In this document: in pieces, positions 9,389 through 19,085 of the stretch | How positions within the stretch are numbered: position 1 is the stretch's first letter | Layout of the letters: each line of letters opens with the position of its first letter | Source of the DNA: Candidatus Caenarcanales bacterium | GTDB lineage: Bacteria > Cyanobacteriota > Vampirovibrionia > Caenarcaniphilales > Caenarcanaceae | Assembly (NCBI GenBank): GCA_947489925.1 | Contig: CANLFK010000003.1 | Location: 1 to 32,054 of the forward strand | Reading direction: 5' to 3' | Length of the DNA: 32,054 nt | The notes under the pieces: generated by a model | Told to the model about the DNA's origin: nothing | What the model saw: the letters and a program-made list of their open reading frames with translations, nothing else | Databases searched by the model: none | Made by a program: the position numbers and the translations under genes

Positions 9389-9568
9389 TTATTCTGGTAA
9401 TTTAGATTGAGAGTCATCATTATTGCTTGTTTTCTGAAAAGCTTTTTTAAAATTGACTAAAGCTTCCCCTACAGATTTACCGAGTTCTGGCAATTTTTTG
9501 GGACCAAAAACGACTAATCCGATCACAAATAATATAGCCAATTCTGGTATTCCGAGATTAGGAAACAT
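9389..9568 (-). CDS. tatA: Twin-arginine translocase subunit TatA/E
   Basis: Manual translation, 59 aa: MFPNLGIPELAILFVIGLVVFGPKKLPELGKSVGEALVNFKKAFQKTSNNDDSQSKLPE, with the FGPKKLPELG hallmark. Absent from the ORF track. Confidence 0.95.
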   Translation of the reverse strand: MFPNLGIPELAILFVIGLVVFGPKKLPELGKSVGEALVNFKKAFQKTSNNDDSQSKLPE

Positions 9569-9850
9569 AAATTTGAATGATTTTGATGTTAATAAATTAG
9601 AACAAACATATTTTATAAGTGATTGTACTAATTCAATACAAATATTAGCAGTTAATATAGTTTAGATTCTCTTAAATTTTTTATATCTTTTCTTAATCTA
9701 TAATTTTATATATATTTTTTGCAGGGTGTCGAACTTTATTTATTTGCATTAAATTTTTTAAATAGTAGTTTATTAATAATTTATACAAGATTGAGTATTT
9801 TATCCTATGCTTTTAAAAGTTAAGATTTGATGAAAGGCTTTTTTATTTTT

Positions 9851-10642
9851 ATGGAATTATTATTTTTGGGTGATATTGTTGGAGATAAGTCTTTTAGAGC
9901 GGTTATTCATTTTATGGAAACCAATAAGCTGGATGTAAATTTTGCAAATATTGAAAATGTGGCTGGCGGTTTCGGTATAACCCAAAATCATTATCAGCAA
10001 TTAATAAAAGCTGGATTTGATGGATTAACGGGCGGAAATCATATTTGGGATAAAAAAGAAGTTTTTACTTTTATTTCTCAAGCCAAAATTGCCCGACCTT
10101 ATAATTTCCCAAAAGGCGTACCAGGAAAAGGCTTTCATTTGATTAATAGACCCGAATTAGGCTTGAAAATTGGTTTAATTAATGTTTTAGGTCGGGTTTT
10201 TATGAATATTGTTTCTTTGAGTTGCCCTTTTAGAGCTTGTGATGAAGCAATTGAAGAATTAAAGTCTCAAGGAGCCAATTTGATTATTGTGGATATGCAC
10301 GCTGAAGCTACCGCCGAAAAAATTACTTTAGCTCATTATTTAGATGGAAGAGTAGGGGCTATTGTAGGAACTCATACGCATATACCGACTGCTGATACTA
10401 GCATTTTGCCTAAAGGAACGGCTTATATTACCGATTTGGGGGCTTGTATGTCGGTTAATAGTATGTTGGGTATGTCATACGATTCAACCATTAATAGGTT
10501 TTTGACTGGTATTCCAACCCGCATGGAAATTGATAAAAACCCAGATATTCAAATTAATGGTGTCAAAATCGAATTTAATAATGCTTTCAAAGCTGTTTCC
10601 ATTAAGCGAATAGAAAATAATAATTTAATTAAAGTGAATTAA
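9851..10642 (+). CDS. YmdB/TIGR00282-family metallophosphoesterase
   Basis: LFLGDIVG, ANIEN, TGGNHIWD, DMHAEATAEK and GTHTH. ATG at 9851 preferred over the ORF start at 9827. Confidence 0.93.
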   Translation: MELLFLGDIVGDKSFRAVIHFMETNKLDVNFANIENVAGGFGITQNHYQQLIKAGFDGLTGGNHIWDKKEVFTFISQAKIARPYNFPKGVPGKGFHLINRPELGLKIGLINVLGRVFMNIVSLSCPFRACDEAIEELKSQGANLIIVDMHAEATAEKITLAHYLDGRVGAIVGTHTHIPTADTSILPKGTAYITDLGACMSVNSMLGMSYDSTINRFLTGIPTRMEIDKNPDIQINGVKIEFNNAFKAVSIKRIENNNLIKVN

Positions 10643-10645
10643 GCT

Positions 10646-12520
10646 TTAGATTTTTTGAGTTATTTCAGTTATCTCAGTTTGAAGAATTTTAAAATTGCTA
10701 ATTGCATTTACTGGAGCTCTCAAAACATCTTTTTCATAATCAGCATTATTTCGGCTTTCAGGTACTGTTTTGAGTCCAATTCCTTCCGCTCTATGATTAG
10801 AACCACCCGGTGGAACAATTGGATAAACATTAGCTTCTGGGTGTAAGTCTAAATCAATAATAATTGGTTCATTTAATTTTATAGCTTGTTTGAATATTTC
10901 TTTTAGCTCATCTGGCTTATCGCTACGAATTCCAGTAATTCCATATGCTTCAGCTAACTTGACATAATCTGGCGTGCCACTCCGTAAATCCGAAAAACTA
11001 TAATGACGATTATAAAATAATTCTTGCCATTGACGAACCATTCCCAAATTTCCATTATTCAAAATAATTGTGGTTACTGGTATATTATGCGAAGTCATTG
11101 TGCCAATTTCTTGCTGACACATCTGAAAGCTACCATCTCCGCTTATACAAATAACTGGCTTATCCAAACCTATATCTTGAGCGGCCGCTTTAGCACCGAT
11201 TGCCGCTGGTAAACCAAATCCCATAGTACCTAAACCACCCGAAGTTATCCAACGGCGAGGATTTTCAGATTTTATATACTGAGCCGCCCACATTTGATGC
11301 TGCCCAACATCAGTTGTATAAATTGCATCTTGAGCAACCTCATTGAGAGCTTTAAAAATATCATGCGGTGCAATACGGCTTTTGGCTTCTGAGTCGTCTA
11401 AAGGATATTCTCTTTGCCATTGTTTTACTTTATTTAGCCAGTTTTCAGTAATAGGTTTTTGCTTATTAATAACCTCAATTAGCTCAGTCAGAATAGCTTT
11501 TGCGTCTCCGATTAATGATAAATCGACACCTGGTAAAATTTTACGGTTCTTGCCAATTTCCGCTGGATCAATATCTAAATGAATTACTTTGGCATTTGGA
11601 GCAAAGGCTTCCAGCTTTCCAGTTGCTCTATCATCAAAACGGACTCCTACTGCAATTAATAAATCACTTTCATAAATCGCAAAATTAGCCGCTGGCATTC
11701 CATGCATTCCGAGCATTCCTAAATTAAGCTCATGATTATCTGAAACTGCTCCTTTGCCCATTAAAGTCCAGACTAATGGTATTAAACAGCTTTCAGCTAA
11801 TTGTTGAACTTCTTTATTTGCACCCGAACTTATAATACCGCCACCAATATACAAAACGGGTCTCTCAGCCTGTAAAATCATTTTAGCCGCCAAATTCAGT
11901 TTTTCAGCTGAAGGTTTTAGTTTTTTGGGCAAACCAGCCAATTTCACTTCGGGCATTTTGCCATTCCATTCAAATTTATTATTTAAAATATCTTTCGGTA
12001 AATCAACCAAAACTGGTCCTGGTCGTCCATTAGTTGCAATTTTAAAAGCTTCATTAATGGTTTGTGGTATTTTATCTGAAGATTTAACCAAATAATTATG
12101 CTTAGTAATTGGCAAAGATAAATTAAATAAATCAGCCTCCTGAAAAGCATCTTTACCAATCAAAGCACTAGGAACTTGCCCAGTTAAAGCCACAATTGGT
12201 ATTGAATCCATTTGAGCAGAACAAATACCAGTTAATAAATTAGTAGCACCAGGACCAGAAGTAGCCAAACAAACACCCGGTTTTCCAGAAACCCTTGCAT
12301 ATCCGTCTGCCGCATGAGCCGCCCCTTGTTCATGTCTGACTAAAATATGCCTGATTTTGTTTTGGGCATAAATTTCATCGTAAAGACCAAGTAAAACTCC
12401 ACCAGGATAGCCAAAAATGGTTTGTACTTGATTTTCTACTAAACTTTGAAGTAAAGCATTAGAACCGTTAATACTAAAAAAATCTGAATCTGAACAGGTG
12501 TCTTCTTTTTGATTTTTCAT
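10646..12520 (-). CDS. ilvB: Biosynthetic acetolactate synthase large subunit
   Basis: FGYPGG, RHEQGAAHAADGYAR, TSGPGATN, RFDDR, DVGQHQMW, TPP motif GDGSFQM...NN and GMVRQWQ. Confidence 0.97.
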   Translation of the reverse strand: MKNQKEDTCSDSDFFSINGSNALLQSLVENQVQTIFGYPGGVLLGLYDEIYAQNKIRHILVRHEQGAAHAADGYARVSGKPGVCLATSGPGATNLLTGICSAQMDSIPIVALTGQVPSALIGKDAFQEADLFNLSLPITKHNYLVKSSDKIPQTINEAFKIATNGRPGPVLVDLPKDILNNKFEWNGKMPEVKLAGLPKKLKPSAEKLNLAAKMILQAERPVLYIGGGIISSGANKEVQQLAESCLIPLVWTLMGKGAVSDNHELNLGMLGMHGMPAANFAIYESDLLIAVGVRFDDRATGKLEAFAPNAKVIHLDIDPAEIGKNRKILPGVDLSLIGDAKAILTELIEVINKQKPITENWLNKVKQWQREYPLDDSEAKSRIAPHDIFKALNEVAQDAIYTTDVGQHQMWAAQYIKSENPRRWITSGGLGTMGFGLPAAIGAKAAAQDIGLDKPVICISGDGSFQMCQQEIGTMTSHNIPVTTIILNNGNLGMVRQWQELFYNRHYSFSDLRSGTPDYVKLAEAYGITGIRSDKPDELKEIFKQAIKLNEPIIIDLDLHPEANVYPIVPPGGSNHRAEGIGLKTVPESRNNADYEKDVLRAPVNAISNFKILQTEITEITQKI

Positions 12521-12645
12521 GGCTAATTTGACCTTTGTAAAATAAAGAGCTTAAATTTTATGATACTTACATAATAGCGTAGCTCAAGTTAAGAAAGGAA
12601 TAAATAATAATTATTTTTTAGAATAAATTTAAGAGAGGTCTTTTT

Positions 12646-13398
12646 TTAATGATGCATCATGATTTCGGTGTATTCTTTAACGATTTCTTTGGGTGAGCCT
12701 ACTTTCATTAATTTACTGTTTTGAATCCAAATTACTTTTGAGCAATGTTCCTCAGCCTGTTTCAAAGAATGAGTTACCATAACAATAGTTGTTTCTTTTC
12801 TTTTTTTTATTTCTTCAAATTTCTGTAAACATTTTTCCTGAAACGCTATATCTCCAACTGCCAAAACCTCATCAATTAATAAAATTTCAGCTTGAACTTG
12901 AATGGCAATCGAAAAAGACAGGCGAGCCATCATACCCGAAGAATAAGTACGCACAGGTTGATCAATTTTTTCCCCTAATTCCGAAAACTCAATAATGTCA
13001 GCTGTTCTAGAACTTAAATAATTATTACTCATTCCGAATAAACTGCCATTTAAAAAAATATTTTCACGACCCGTAAAGTCTGGATGTAAACCAGCTCCTA
13101 AAGCTAACATACTGGTAATTTCCCCTTTAATAGTAACTTTACCTTCGCTTGGTCCTGATATTCCAGCAATTAATTTGAGAGCCGTGCTTTTTCCAGAGCC
13201 ATTTTGACCTATTATGGCAACTGTTTCACCCTTGTAAATTTCAAACGAAACATTATCTAAACTTTTAATTTCTTTTGGTTTTGAATCTTTTGGTTGCAAA
13301 ACTCTGGCGAAAATTTCTCTGATATTAAAAGAACGAAGGCTTGAATGATAAGTTTTGCTAACATTTTCAAATTTAATAATAATTTCGTCTTTGTTCAT
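12646..13398 (-). CDS. Polysaccharide ABC exporter ATP-binding protein (Wzt/TagH-like)
   Basis: Walker A GQNGSGKST, signature YSSGMMARL and LLIDEVLAVGD. Confidence 0.92.
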   Translation of the reverse strand: MNKDEIIIKFENVSKTYHSSLRSFNIREIFARVLQPKDSKPKEIKSLDNVSFEIYKGETVAIIGQNGSGKSTALKLIAGISGPSEGKVTIKGEITSMLALGAGLHPDFTGRENIFLNGSLFGMSNNYLSSRTADIIEFSELGEKIDQPVRTYSSGMMARLSFSIAIQVQAEILLIDEVLAVGDIAFQEKCLQKFEEIKKRKETTIVMVTHSLKQAEEHCSKVIWIQNSKLMKVGSPKEIVKEYTEIMMHH

Positions 13399-13404
13399 TG
13401 TGTT

Positions 13405-14229
13405 TTAAATTAAGTCTGAAACTATATATCTAAGGCGATTAAAAATCCAATGACTAATTAAATACCAAATAAGTGTAAATAAGCAAAAGTATAAAAGCAA
13501 ATGCCAATTCGGGTGATGCCCTGCATGAACAATGTCTCGGTATAAAGATATTATACTAGCAAAAGGCTGAGCATTTAAAATCCAAGCGTATTTTTTAGAA
13601 ATTGTTTCGGCTGAATATATAATTGGTGTTAAAAAAAATAAAAGAGACAGCAAGGTGTTTACAATATAGCTTAAATCTCGAATAATAGCTCCTACTGAAG
13701 ATAAAAATAGACAGGTAGCATATAAGAATATTGAGTGCAAAACTACTAAAAATGGAAACCATAATAAATTTAAAGTAATTGAAGCTTTGGTAATTAGCAT
13801 TAAAATAAGTATTAAACTAAATGAAATTAAATAATTAATTGCTCCCGAAGCTATCAAAGAAATTATTAAAATCTCTTGTGGGAAATAAACCTTTGATAAA
13901 AAACCAGCATTAGAAGGAAATAAGTCGCAAGCACGGCCTAAAACCTGAATCGAAAAATTCCAAGCATTAATTCCAATGAATAAAAAAACTAAATAATTAG
14001 GAATAGCAGTTTGAGTAATTCGTGAAAAGACAAAAAAGTAAATAGCCAAAGATAAAAGAGGATTTAAAAAATTCCATAAAATACCCAAAAAAGATCCTTT
14101 ATACCGCATTTCAAGCTCTCTATTGGTTAAGTTCAACAAAAAACTACGATACTTCCAAGTATCAGCATAAATCTGAAAAATATTAAAGGGAGTTTTATTA
14201 GTGGTAATTATTATCTTTGGCTCAGTCAT
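13405..14229 (-). CDS. Polysaccharide ABC-2 exporter permease (Wzm/TagG-like)
   Basis: RYKGSFLGILWNFLNPL, KVYFP and LTPIIY; multiple TM helices; adjacent to wzt. Confidence 0.92.
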   Translation of the reverse strand: MTEPKIIITTNKTPFNIFQIYADTWKYRSFLLNLTNRELEMRYKGSFLGILWNFLNPLLSLAIYFFVFSRITQTAIPNYLVFLFIGINAWNFSIQVLGRACDLFPSNAGFLSKVYFPQEILIISLIASGAINYLISFSLILILMLITKASITLNLLWFPFLVVLHSIFLYATCLFLSSVGAIIRDLSYIVNTLLSLLFFLTPIIYSAETISKKYAWILNAQPFASIISLYRDIVHAGHHPNWHLLLYFCLFTLIWYLISHWIFNRLRYIVSDLI

Positions 14230-14234
14230 ACAGC

Positions 14235-14627
14235 TTATTTGAATCCTTTCATGAAAAATCCAGCAATATCATCAAGAATTTGTCCATCACCATTTTGGTC
14301 AATTAATGAAGTTATATCTTTTTTTTGACTCAAAGCATTCATAACTAAAGGTGCAATATTGCCAATTACTTCAGTCGCTGTTTCTTGATTTAAGTTTAAT
14401 TTTTCTGAAACGGCATTTGTAGCTTCTTGAGTTGGGTCACCCAGTGAACTATTTGTTATTGCTTGTTTTTCAGTTAAACTTTTCAGTCCGCTGACAATTA
14501 AAGGCACTGCTATTTCTAGTATTTGATTAGTTTTAGCTTCATCAATTCCAAACTTTGCAGATAATTGGCGAATAACTGAAGGAGCCACAGTTTGAATTAA
14601 ACTAGAAATTAAATCATTATTTGACAT
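14235..14627 (-). CDS. DUF937-like protein
   Basis: Repeated helical units (AVPLIVSGL / IAPLVMNAL) and C-terminal LIDQNGDGQILDD, typical of DUF937 proteins. Confidence 0.7.
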   Translation of the reverse strand: MSNNDLISSLIQTVAPSVIRQLSAKFGIDEAKTNQILEIAVPLIVSGLKSLTEKQAITNSSLGDPTQEATNAVSEKLNLNQETATEVIGNIAPLVMNALSQKKDITSLIDQNGDGQILDDIAGFFMKGFK

Positions 14628-14643
14628 TTTATTATTTTTTTAT

Positions 14644-15888
14644 TTAAACAGTTTGAAGTTTTATATTTTTTAATTGATTAGCTTTTTTCTTTAAAGCCTC
14701 AACCTGATCAAGTTTTTCCCAAGGCAAATCTATGTCAAAGCGTCCAAAATGACCATATGCCGCCACATTTTTATAAAAAGAACCTTCATTTTTGGCTGGT
14801 AAATTCTTTAAATCAAATTGCTGAATAATTGACCAAGGACGCAAATCAAAATGCTCTTTAACCAAATTAGACAAAGTTTCATCATCTAAAATTCCAGTTC
14901 CTTGCGTAAATACTGAAAGAGAGACTGGTTTTGCCATGCCAATAGCATATGAAATTTGAATTTCGCAAATGGAAGCTAAACCAGCCGCCACAATGTTTTT
15001 TGCAATATGACGAGCCGCATATGCTGCTGAACGGTCTACTTTGGTTGGATCTTTGCCCGAAAAAGCTCCGCCACCATGTCTTCCATAACCGCCATATGTA
15101 TCAACAATAATTTTCCGTCCAGTTAAGCCAGCATCTCCGTGAGGACCTCCAATTACAAAACGACCAGATGGATTAATAATAATTTTAGTTTTATCATCAA
15201 TATTCAAGCTATATCTTTCCAGAACTGGATTTATGACATATTTTATTAAATCAATTTTAATTTTATCAAGATCAATATTGTCTTCATGCTGTGTTGAAAT
15301 CAAAATTGTATCAAGTCTAATGGGCAAGCCATTTTCATATTCAACGGTTACCTGAGTTTTACCATCTGGTCTTAAATATTTTAATGAGCCATTTTTACGA
15401 ACCTCACTAAGTCTTAAGGCTAAACGATGAGCAATTGCAATCGAAATAGGCATTAATTCAGGAGTTTCATTGCAAGCAAAACCAAACATTAAGCCTTGAT
15501 CGCCAGCTCCAATTGAATTAGCAATTTCATGATCATTTAAGCCTTCATTTCTGGATTCCAAAGACTGAGTAACTGTTTGTGAAATATCTGGTGATTGTCT
15601 ATTAACTGCCACCAAAACTGAACAAGTCTCACTGGAAAAGCCCAAAGTCGGATCATTATAGCCGATTTCTTCAATGGTTTTACGAGCTACTTCGGCATAA
15701 TTTATATGAGCATTAGAAGTGATTTCTCCGCTAATTACAACTAAGCCAGTTGCTACTAAAGTTTCACAAGCTACTCTGGCATTTGTGTCTTTGCTTAAAA
15801 TTGCGTCTAATACTGAATCAGAGATTTGATCACAAATTTTATCTGGATGTCCTTCAGTAACTGATTCGGAAGTAAATAAATATTTCAA
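14644..15888 (-). CDS. metK: S-adenosylmethionine synthetase
   Basis: [29 protein letters not shown] and [11 protein letters not shown] start. Confidence 0.98.
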   Translation of the reverse strand: MKYLFTSESVTEGHPDKICDQISDSVLDAILSKDTNARVACETLVATGLVVISGEITSNAHINYAEVARKTIEEIGYNDPTLGFSSETCSVLVAVNRQSPDISQTVTQSLESRNEGLNDHEIANSIGAGDQGLMFGFACNETPELMPISIAIAHRLALRLSEVRKNGSLKYLRPDGKTQVTVEYENGLPIRLDTILISTQHEDNIDLDKIKIDLIKYVINPVLERYSLNIDDKTKIIINPSGRFVIGGPHGDAGLTGRKIIVDTYGGYGRHGGGAFSGKDPTKVDRSAAYAARHIAKNIVAAGLASICEIQISYAIGMAKPVSLSVFTQGTGILDDETLSNLVKEHFDLRPWSIIQQFDLKNLPAKNEGSFYKNVAAYGHFGRFDIDLPWEKLDQVEALKKKANQLKNIKLQTV

Positions 15889-15912
15889 TAGAAAAAGCCC
15901 TCTCTTACTTAT

Positions 15913-15938
15913 TTAATACTAAAAATTAATACTAAAAA
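15913..15938. repeat. Tandem 13-bp direct repeat in the metK/aspS divergent intergenic region
   Basis: TTAATACTAAAAA at 15913-15925 and 15926-15938. Confidence 0.5.
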
Positions 15939-16085
15939 ATATATTTTAAAATTTTACCTAAATTAAAAATGTAAATGTAATTATTAAGACAAATTTTTAA
16001 ATAATTTATTCTTCATTAAATTGGTTTTAGGTCTAAAATCCTGAAATAGGTATAATATTTTTACTCTTAAATTTTATTTTTATTT

Positions 16086-17876
16086 ATGCCATTTCGTAGT
16101 CATTTTTGTGGAACACTATCTCAATCCGATGAAGGAGCAAATGTTTATTTAGCTGGCTGGGTTGATGTTAGAAGAGATTTAGGTGGATTAATCTTTATTG
16201 AATTGCGAGACCATACTGGAAGAGTTCAATTAGTCTCAGACCCGAAAGTAAATTCTGAAATACATGAAGTTTTTGAAACTTTAAAACCAGAATTTGTCAT
16301 TAAAATAAAAGGCAAAATTAAAGCTCGCCCAGATGGAACTCAAAATCCTGAATTAAGGTCTGGAGCAGTTGAAATTTGTCCAAGCGAAGTAGTGATTTTA
16401 AATAAATGCAAAACTTTACCGCTTCCGATTGAAAACTTTAATGAAGCTGATGAAAATTTCAGATTAAAATATCGAGTTTTAGATTTGCGTACTGATAAAA
16501 TGCAGAAAAATATCAGAGCTAGGCATAAAATTACGCAGTCAATCAGAGATTATTTGAATAAAGGAGGTTTTCTGGAAATTGAAACTCCAATTTTAACTCG
16601 CTCAACACCAGAAGGTGCTCGTGATTATTTGGTGCCAAGCCGTACTCAAGCTGGTAAGTTTTTTGCTTTGCCTCAAAGTCCTCAATTATTCAAGCAATTA
16701 TTAATGATTTCTGGTTTTGAAAGATATTATCAAGTAGCTAGATGCTTTCGAGATGAAGATTTAAGAGCTGATCGTCAGCCAGAATTTACGCAAGTTGATA
16801 TTGAAATGTCTTTTGTGGAAGTTGATGATGTTATAAAAATGGCAGAAGGACTTTTACAGAAAGCTTTTGCGTCAGTTGGTAGAGAAATTGAATTGCCAAT
16901 TAATCGCATGAGTTATAAAGATGCTATTTCAAAATACGGTTCTGATAAGCCAGATTTGCGTTTTGGACTTGAATTAATAGATTTTAGTGAAATTATGAAA
17001 AATAGTGCTTTTGAATCTTTTGCCGCCATTGCGAATAAAAAAGGCTCTGTCAAAGGAATTTGTGTGCCTAATACGCTTGATTGGTCTCGTAAAGAATTTG
17101 ATGATTTGAGAAATACCTGCATAAATGACTATGGAGCAAAGGGTTTGGCTTGGATTAGTTATAAAAATGATGATGATTTAGGGAATTCCCCAATTAGCAA
17201 ATTTTTTAAGCCAGAAGAATTAAAACAAATAAAACAATTAGCAGGTGCTAAAAAGGGAGATAGTATTTTCTTGATTGCGGACAAGTCTCAGCAAGTCGTT
17301 AATGATATTTTGGGCAAATTGCGTTTATATTTGGCTAATAAATTAAACTTGATTGATGAAAAATTAGATAAATTGGTTTGGATTATTGATTGGCCATTAC
17401 TCGAAAAAGATCCTGAGAGCGGTAATTTTGCTTTTATGAATCATCCTTTTACGGCTGTTAATCCGCAAGATTCGCATTTATTAGCTTTAGAGCCAGAGTC
17501 AGCCAGAGCTTTAGCTTATGATATTGTTTATAATGGTGTTGAACTCGGTGGTGGAAGTATTCGTAATCATCAAGAAGATGCACAGAAGAGAGCTTTGGGC
17601 TTTTTGGGTATGACAGAAGAGGAATCTCAAGAGCGTTTTGGCTTTTTATTGCAAGCTTTGGCTTTTGGTGCTCCTCCGCATGGTGGAATTGCCTTGGGCT
17701 TGGATCGCTTAGTTATGATGCTAACTGAATCTGAATCACTAAGACAAGTAATTGCTTTCCCGAAAGTTCAATCAGCTGGTTGTTTACTAACTGGAGCACC
17801 TTCCGAAGTAGATGATCAACAATTAAGAGAATTATCAATTAAGTCTTTGAAAGTGACTAAAGAGAAAGTTAATTAA
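16086..17876 (+). CDS. aspS: Aspartate--tRNA ligase (bacterial type)
   Basis: RSHFCG, RRDLGGLIF, STPEGARDYLVPSR, LPQSPQLFKQLLM, CFRDEDLRADRQPEFTQ and GAPPHGGIALGLDRL. Confidence 0.98.
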   Translation: MPFRSHFCGTLSQSDEGANVYLAGWVDVRRDLGGLIFIELRDHTGRVQLVSDPKVNSEIHEVFETLKPEFVIKIKGKIKARPDGTQNPELRSGAVEICPSEVVILNKCKTLPLPIENFNEADENFRLKYRVLDLRTDKMQKNIRARHKITQSIRDYLNKGGFLEIETPILTRSTPEGARDYLVPSRTQAGKFFALPQSPQLFKQLLMISGFERYYQVARCFRDEDLRADRQPEFTQVDIEMSFVEVDDVIKMAEGLLQKAFASVGREIELPINRMSYKDAISKYGSDKPDLRFGLELIDFSEIMKNSAFESFAAIANKKGSVKGICVPNTLDWSRKEFDDLRNTCINDYGAKGLAWISYKNDDDLGNSPISKFFKPEELKQIKQLAGAKKGDSIFLIADKSQQVVNDILGKLRLYLANKLNLIDEKLDKLVWIIDWPLLEKDPESGNFAFMNHPFTAVNPQDSHLLALEPESARALAYDIVYNGVELGGGSIRNHQEDAQKRALGFLGMTEEESQERFGFLLQALAFGAPPHGGIALGLDRLVMMLTESESLRQVIAFPKVQSAGCLLTGAPSEVDDQQLRELSIKSLKVTKEKVN

Positions 17877-19084
17877 TGGATTTAACCGAGAAATATTATT
17901 GGTTGGCTTTTGATAATTTGCCTGGTATCGGATTAGGACCAAAACGAATTTTTGCTTTACTGGAATATTTTGGTAATTTAAAAACAGCTTGGGAAGCGGA
18001 TAAGCAAGATTTATTGCAAGTTAAAGGAATTGGCGAAAATACAATTGATAATTTTATAAAATGCCGCTCCGAGCAAGACTTAGAATTAATCCCACGCAAA
18101 TTAGAAAAATATAATATTAAGGCTTTGACTTTTGCTGAAAGTGATTATCCAGAGCAGTTAAAACAATTAAAAGACATTCCTTTGATTTTATATTTTAAAG
18201 GTAATTTTGATTTGTCTTTATTTGAAAAGTCAATTGGCATTGTGGGTAGCCGACAGCCAACTGATTATGCAATTCAAGCTATTAAAAATTTGAGTGGTGA
18301 ACTTTCAGAAATGGGTTTTACAATTATTAGTGGTATGGCTTTGGGTATTGATGCGGCGGCACATAAAGGAGTTTTAGCAAATCAAAATGGCAAAACAGTT
18401 GGTGTTTTAGCAAATGGAGCAGATAAATTTATTCCTTATACAAATAAAAACTTATATGAGTCTGTCTTAGAGCAAGGTTTGCTAATTAGTGAATACAAAC
18501 CTGAAACTATGCCAGAAAAAGGTTATTTCCCCGCTCGAAATAGAATAATTGCCGCTTTGAGTCAGGCAGTTTTAATTGGAGAAGCCGCTGTCAAAAGTGG
18601 AGCTTTGATTACTGCTGAAAGAGCTTTAGAGCTGAAAAAACCGATTTTTGGATTAGCTGGAATACCGAATAAAAGCAATGAAGGAATTAATTTTTGGATC
18701 AGAAAAGGCTTGGCTCGCTTAATTACTTCCGCTGATGATATTATTGAAGAATTAGATTTGCATTTGAAAAATAATATTAATCCAGCTCAACAAGGAAATT
18801 TTTTAAAAGAATTAGAAATTATCAAATCAGCAATAACTGTAAGCTCAAATCCTAGACCTATTAAAGAAAAAAAAGAAAAAATTAATCCAGAAAATTTAGG
18901 TTTAAATGAGCAAGAAAAAACTATTTATAATTTATTAACTTTCGGTGAATTTAAGAGCATAGACAAGCTTTTTGAAGAAACTGAATTATCAATTGCAAAA
19001 ATTAATTCGGTGATTTTGACTTTACAATTAAAAAAACTGATTTCTCGCAATCCAGCTGGAGCAATAGGTTTGACCAATAATTAA
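17876..19084 (+). CDS. dprA: DNA-processing protein DprA/Smf
   Basis: IGIVGSR, IISGMALGIDAAAH, FPARNRIIAALS and AAVKSGALITA; C-terminal winged-helix-like region. TAATG overlap with aspS. Confidence 0.96.
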   Translation: MDLTEKYYWLAFDNLPGIGLGPKRIFALLEYFGNLKTAWEADKQDLLQVKGIGENTIDNFIKCRSEQDLELIPRKLEKYNIKALTFAESDYPEQLKQLKDIPLILYFKGNFDLSLFEKSIGIVGSRQPTDYAIQAIKNLSGELSEMGFTIISGMALGIDAAAHKGVLANQNGKTVGVLANGADKFIPYTNKNLYESVLEQGLLISEYKPETMPEKGYFPARNRIIAALSQAVLIGEAAVKSGALITAERALELKKPIFGLAGIPNKSNEGINFWIRKGLARLITSADDIIEELDLHLKNNINPAQQGNFLKELEIIKSAITVSSNPRPIKEKKEKINPENLGLNEQEKTIYNLLTFGEFKSIDKLFEETELSIAKINSVILTLQLKKLISRNPAGAIGLTNN

Positions 19085-19085
19085 A

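Noticed and set aside
9453-9665. 70-aa plus-strand ORF
   Set aside because: Antisense shadow of tatA.
15889-16085. SAM riboswitch upstream of metK or T-box upstream of aspS
   Set aside because: The region is extremely AT-rich with no SAM-I core or T-box consensus. Only a 13-bp tandem repeat and a TATAAT at 16051-16056 are visible.
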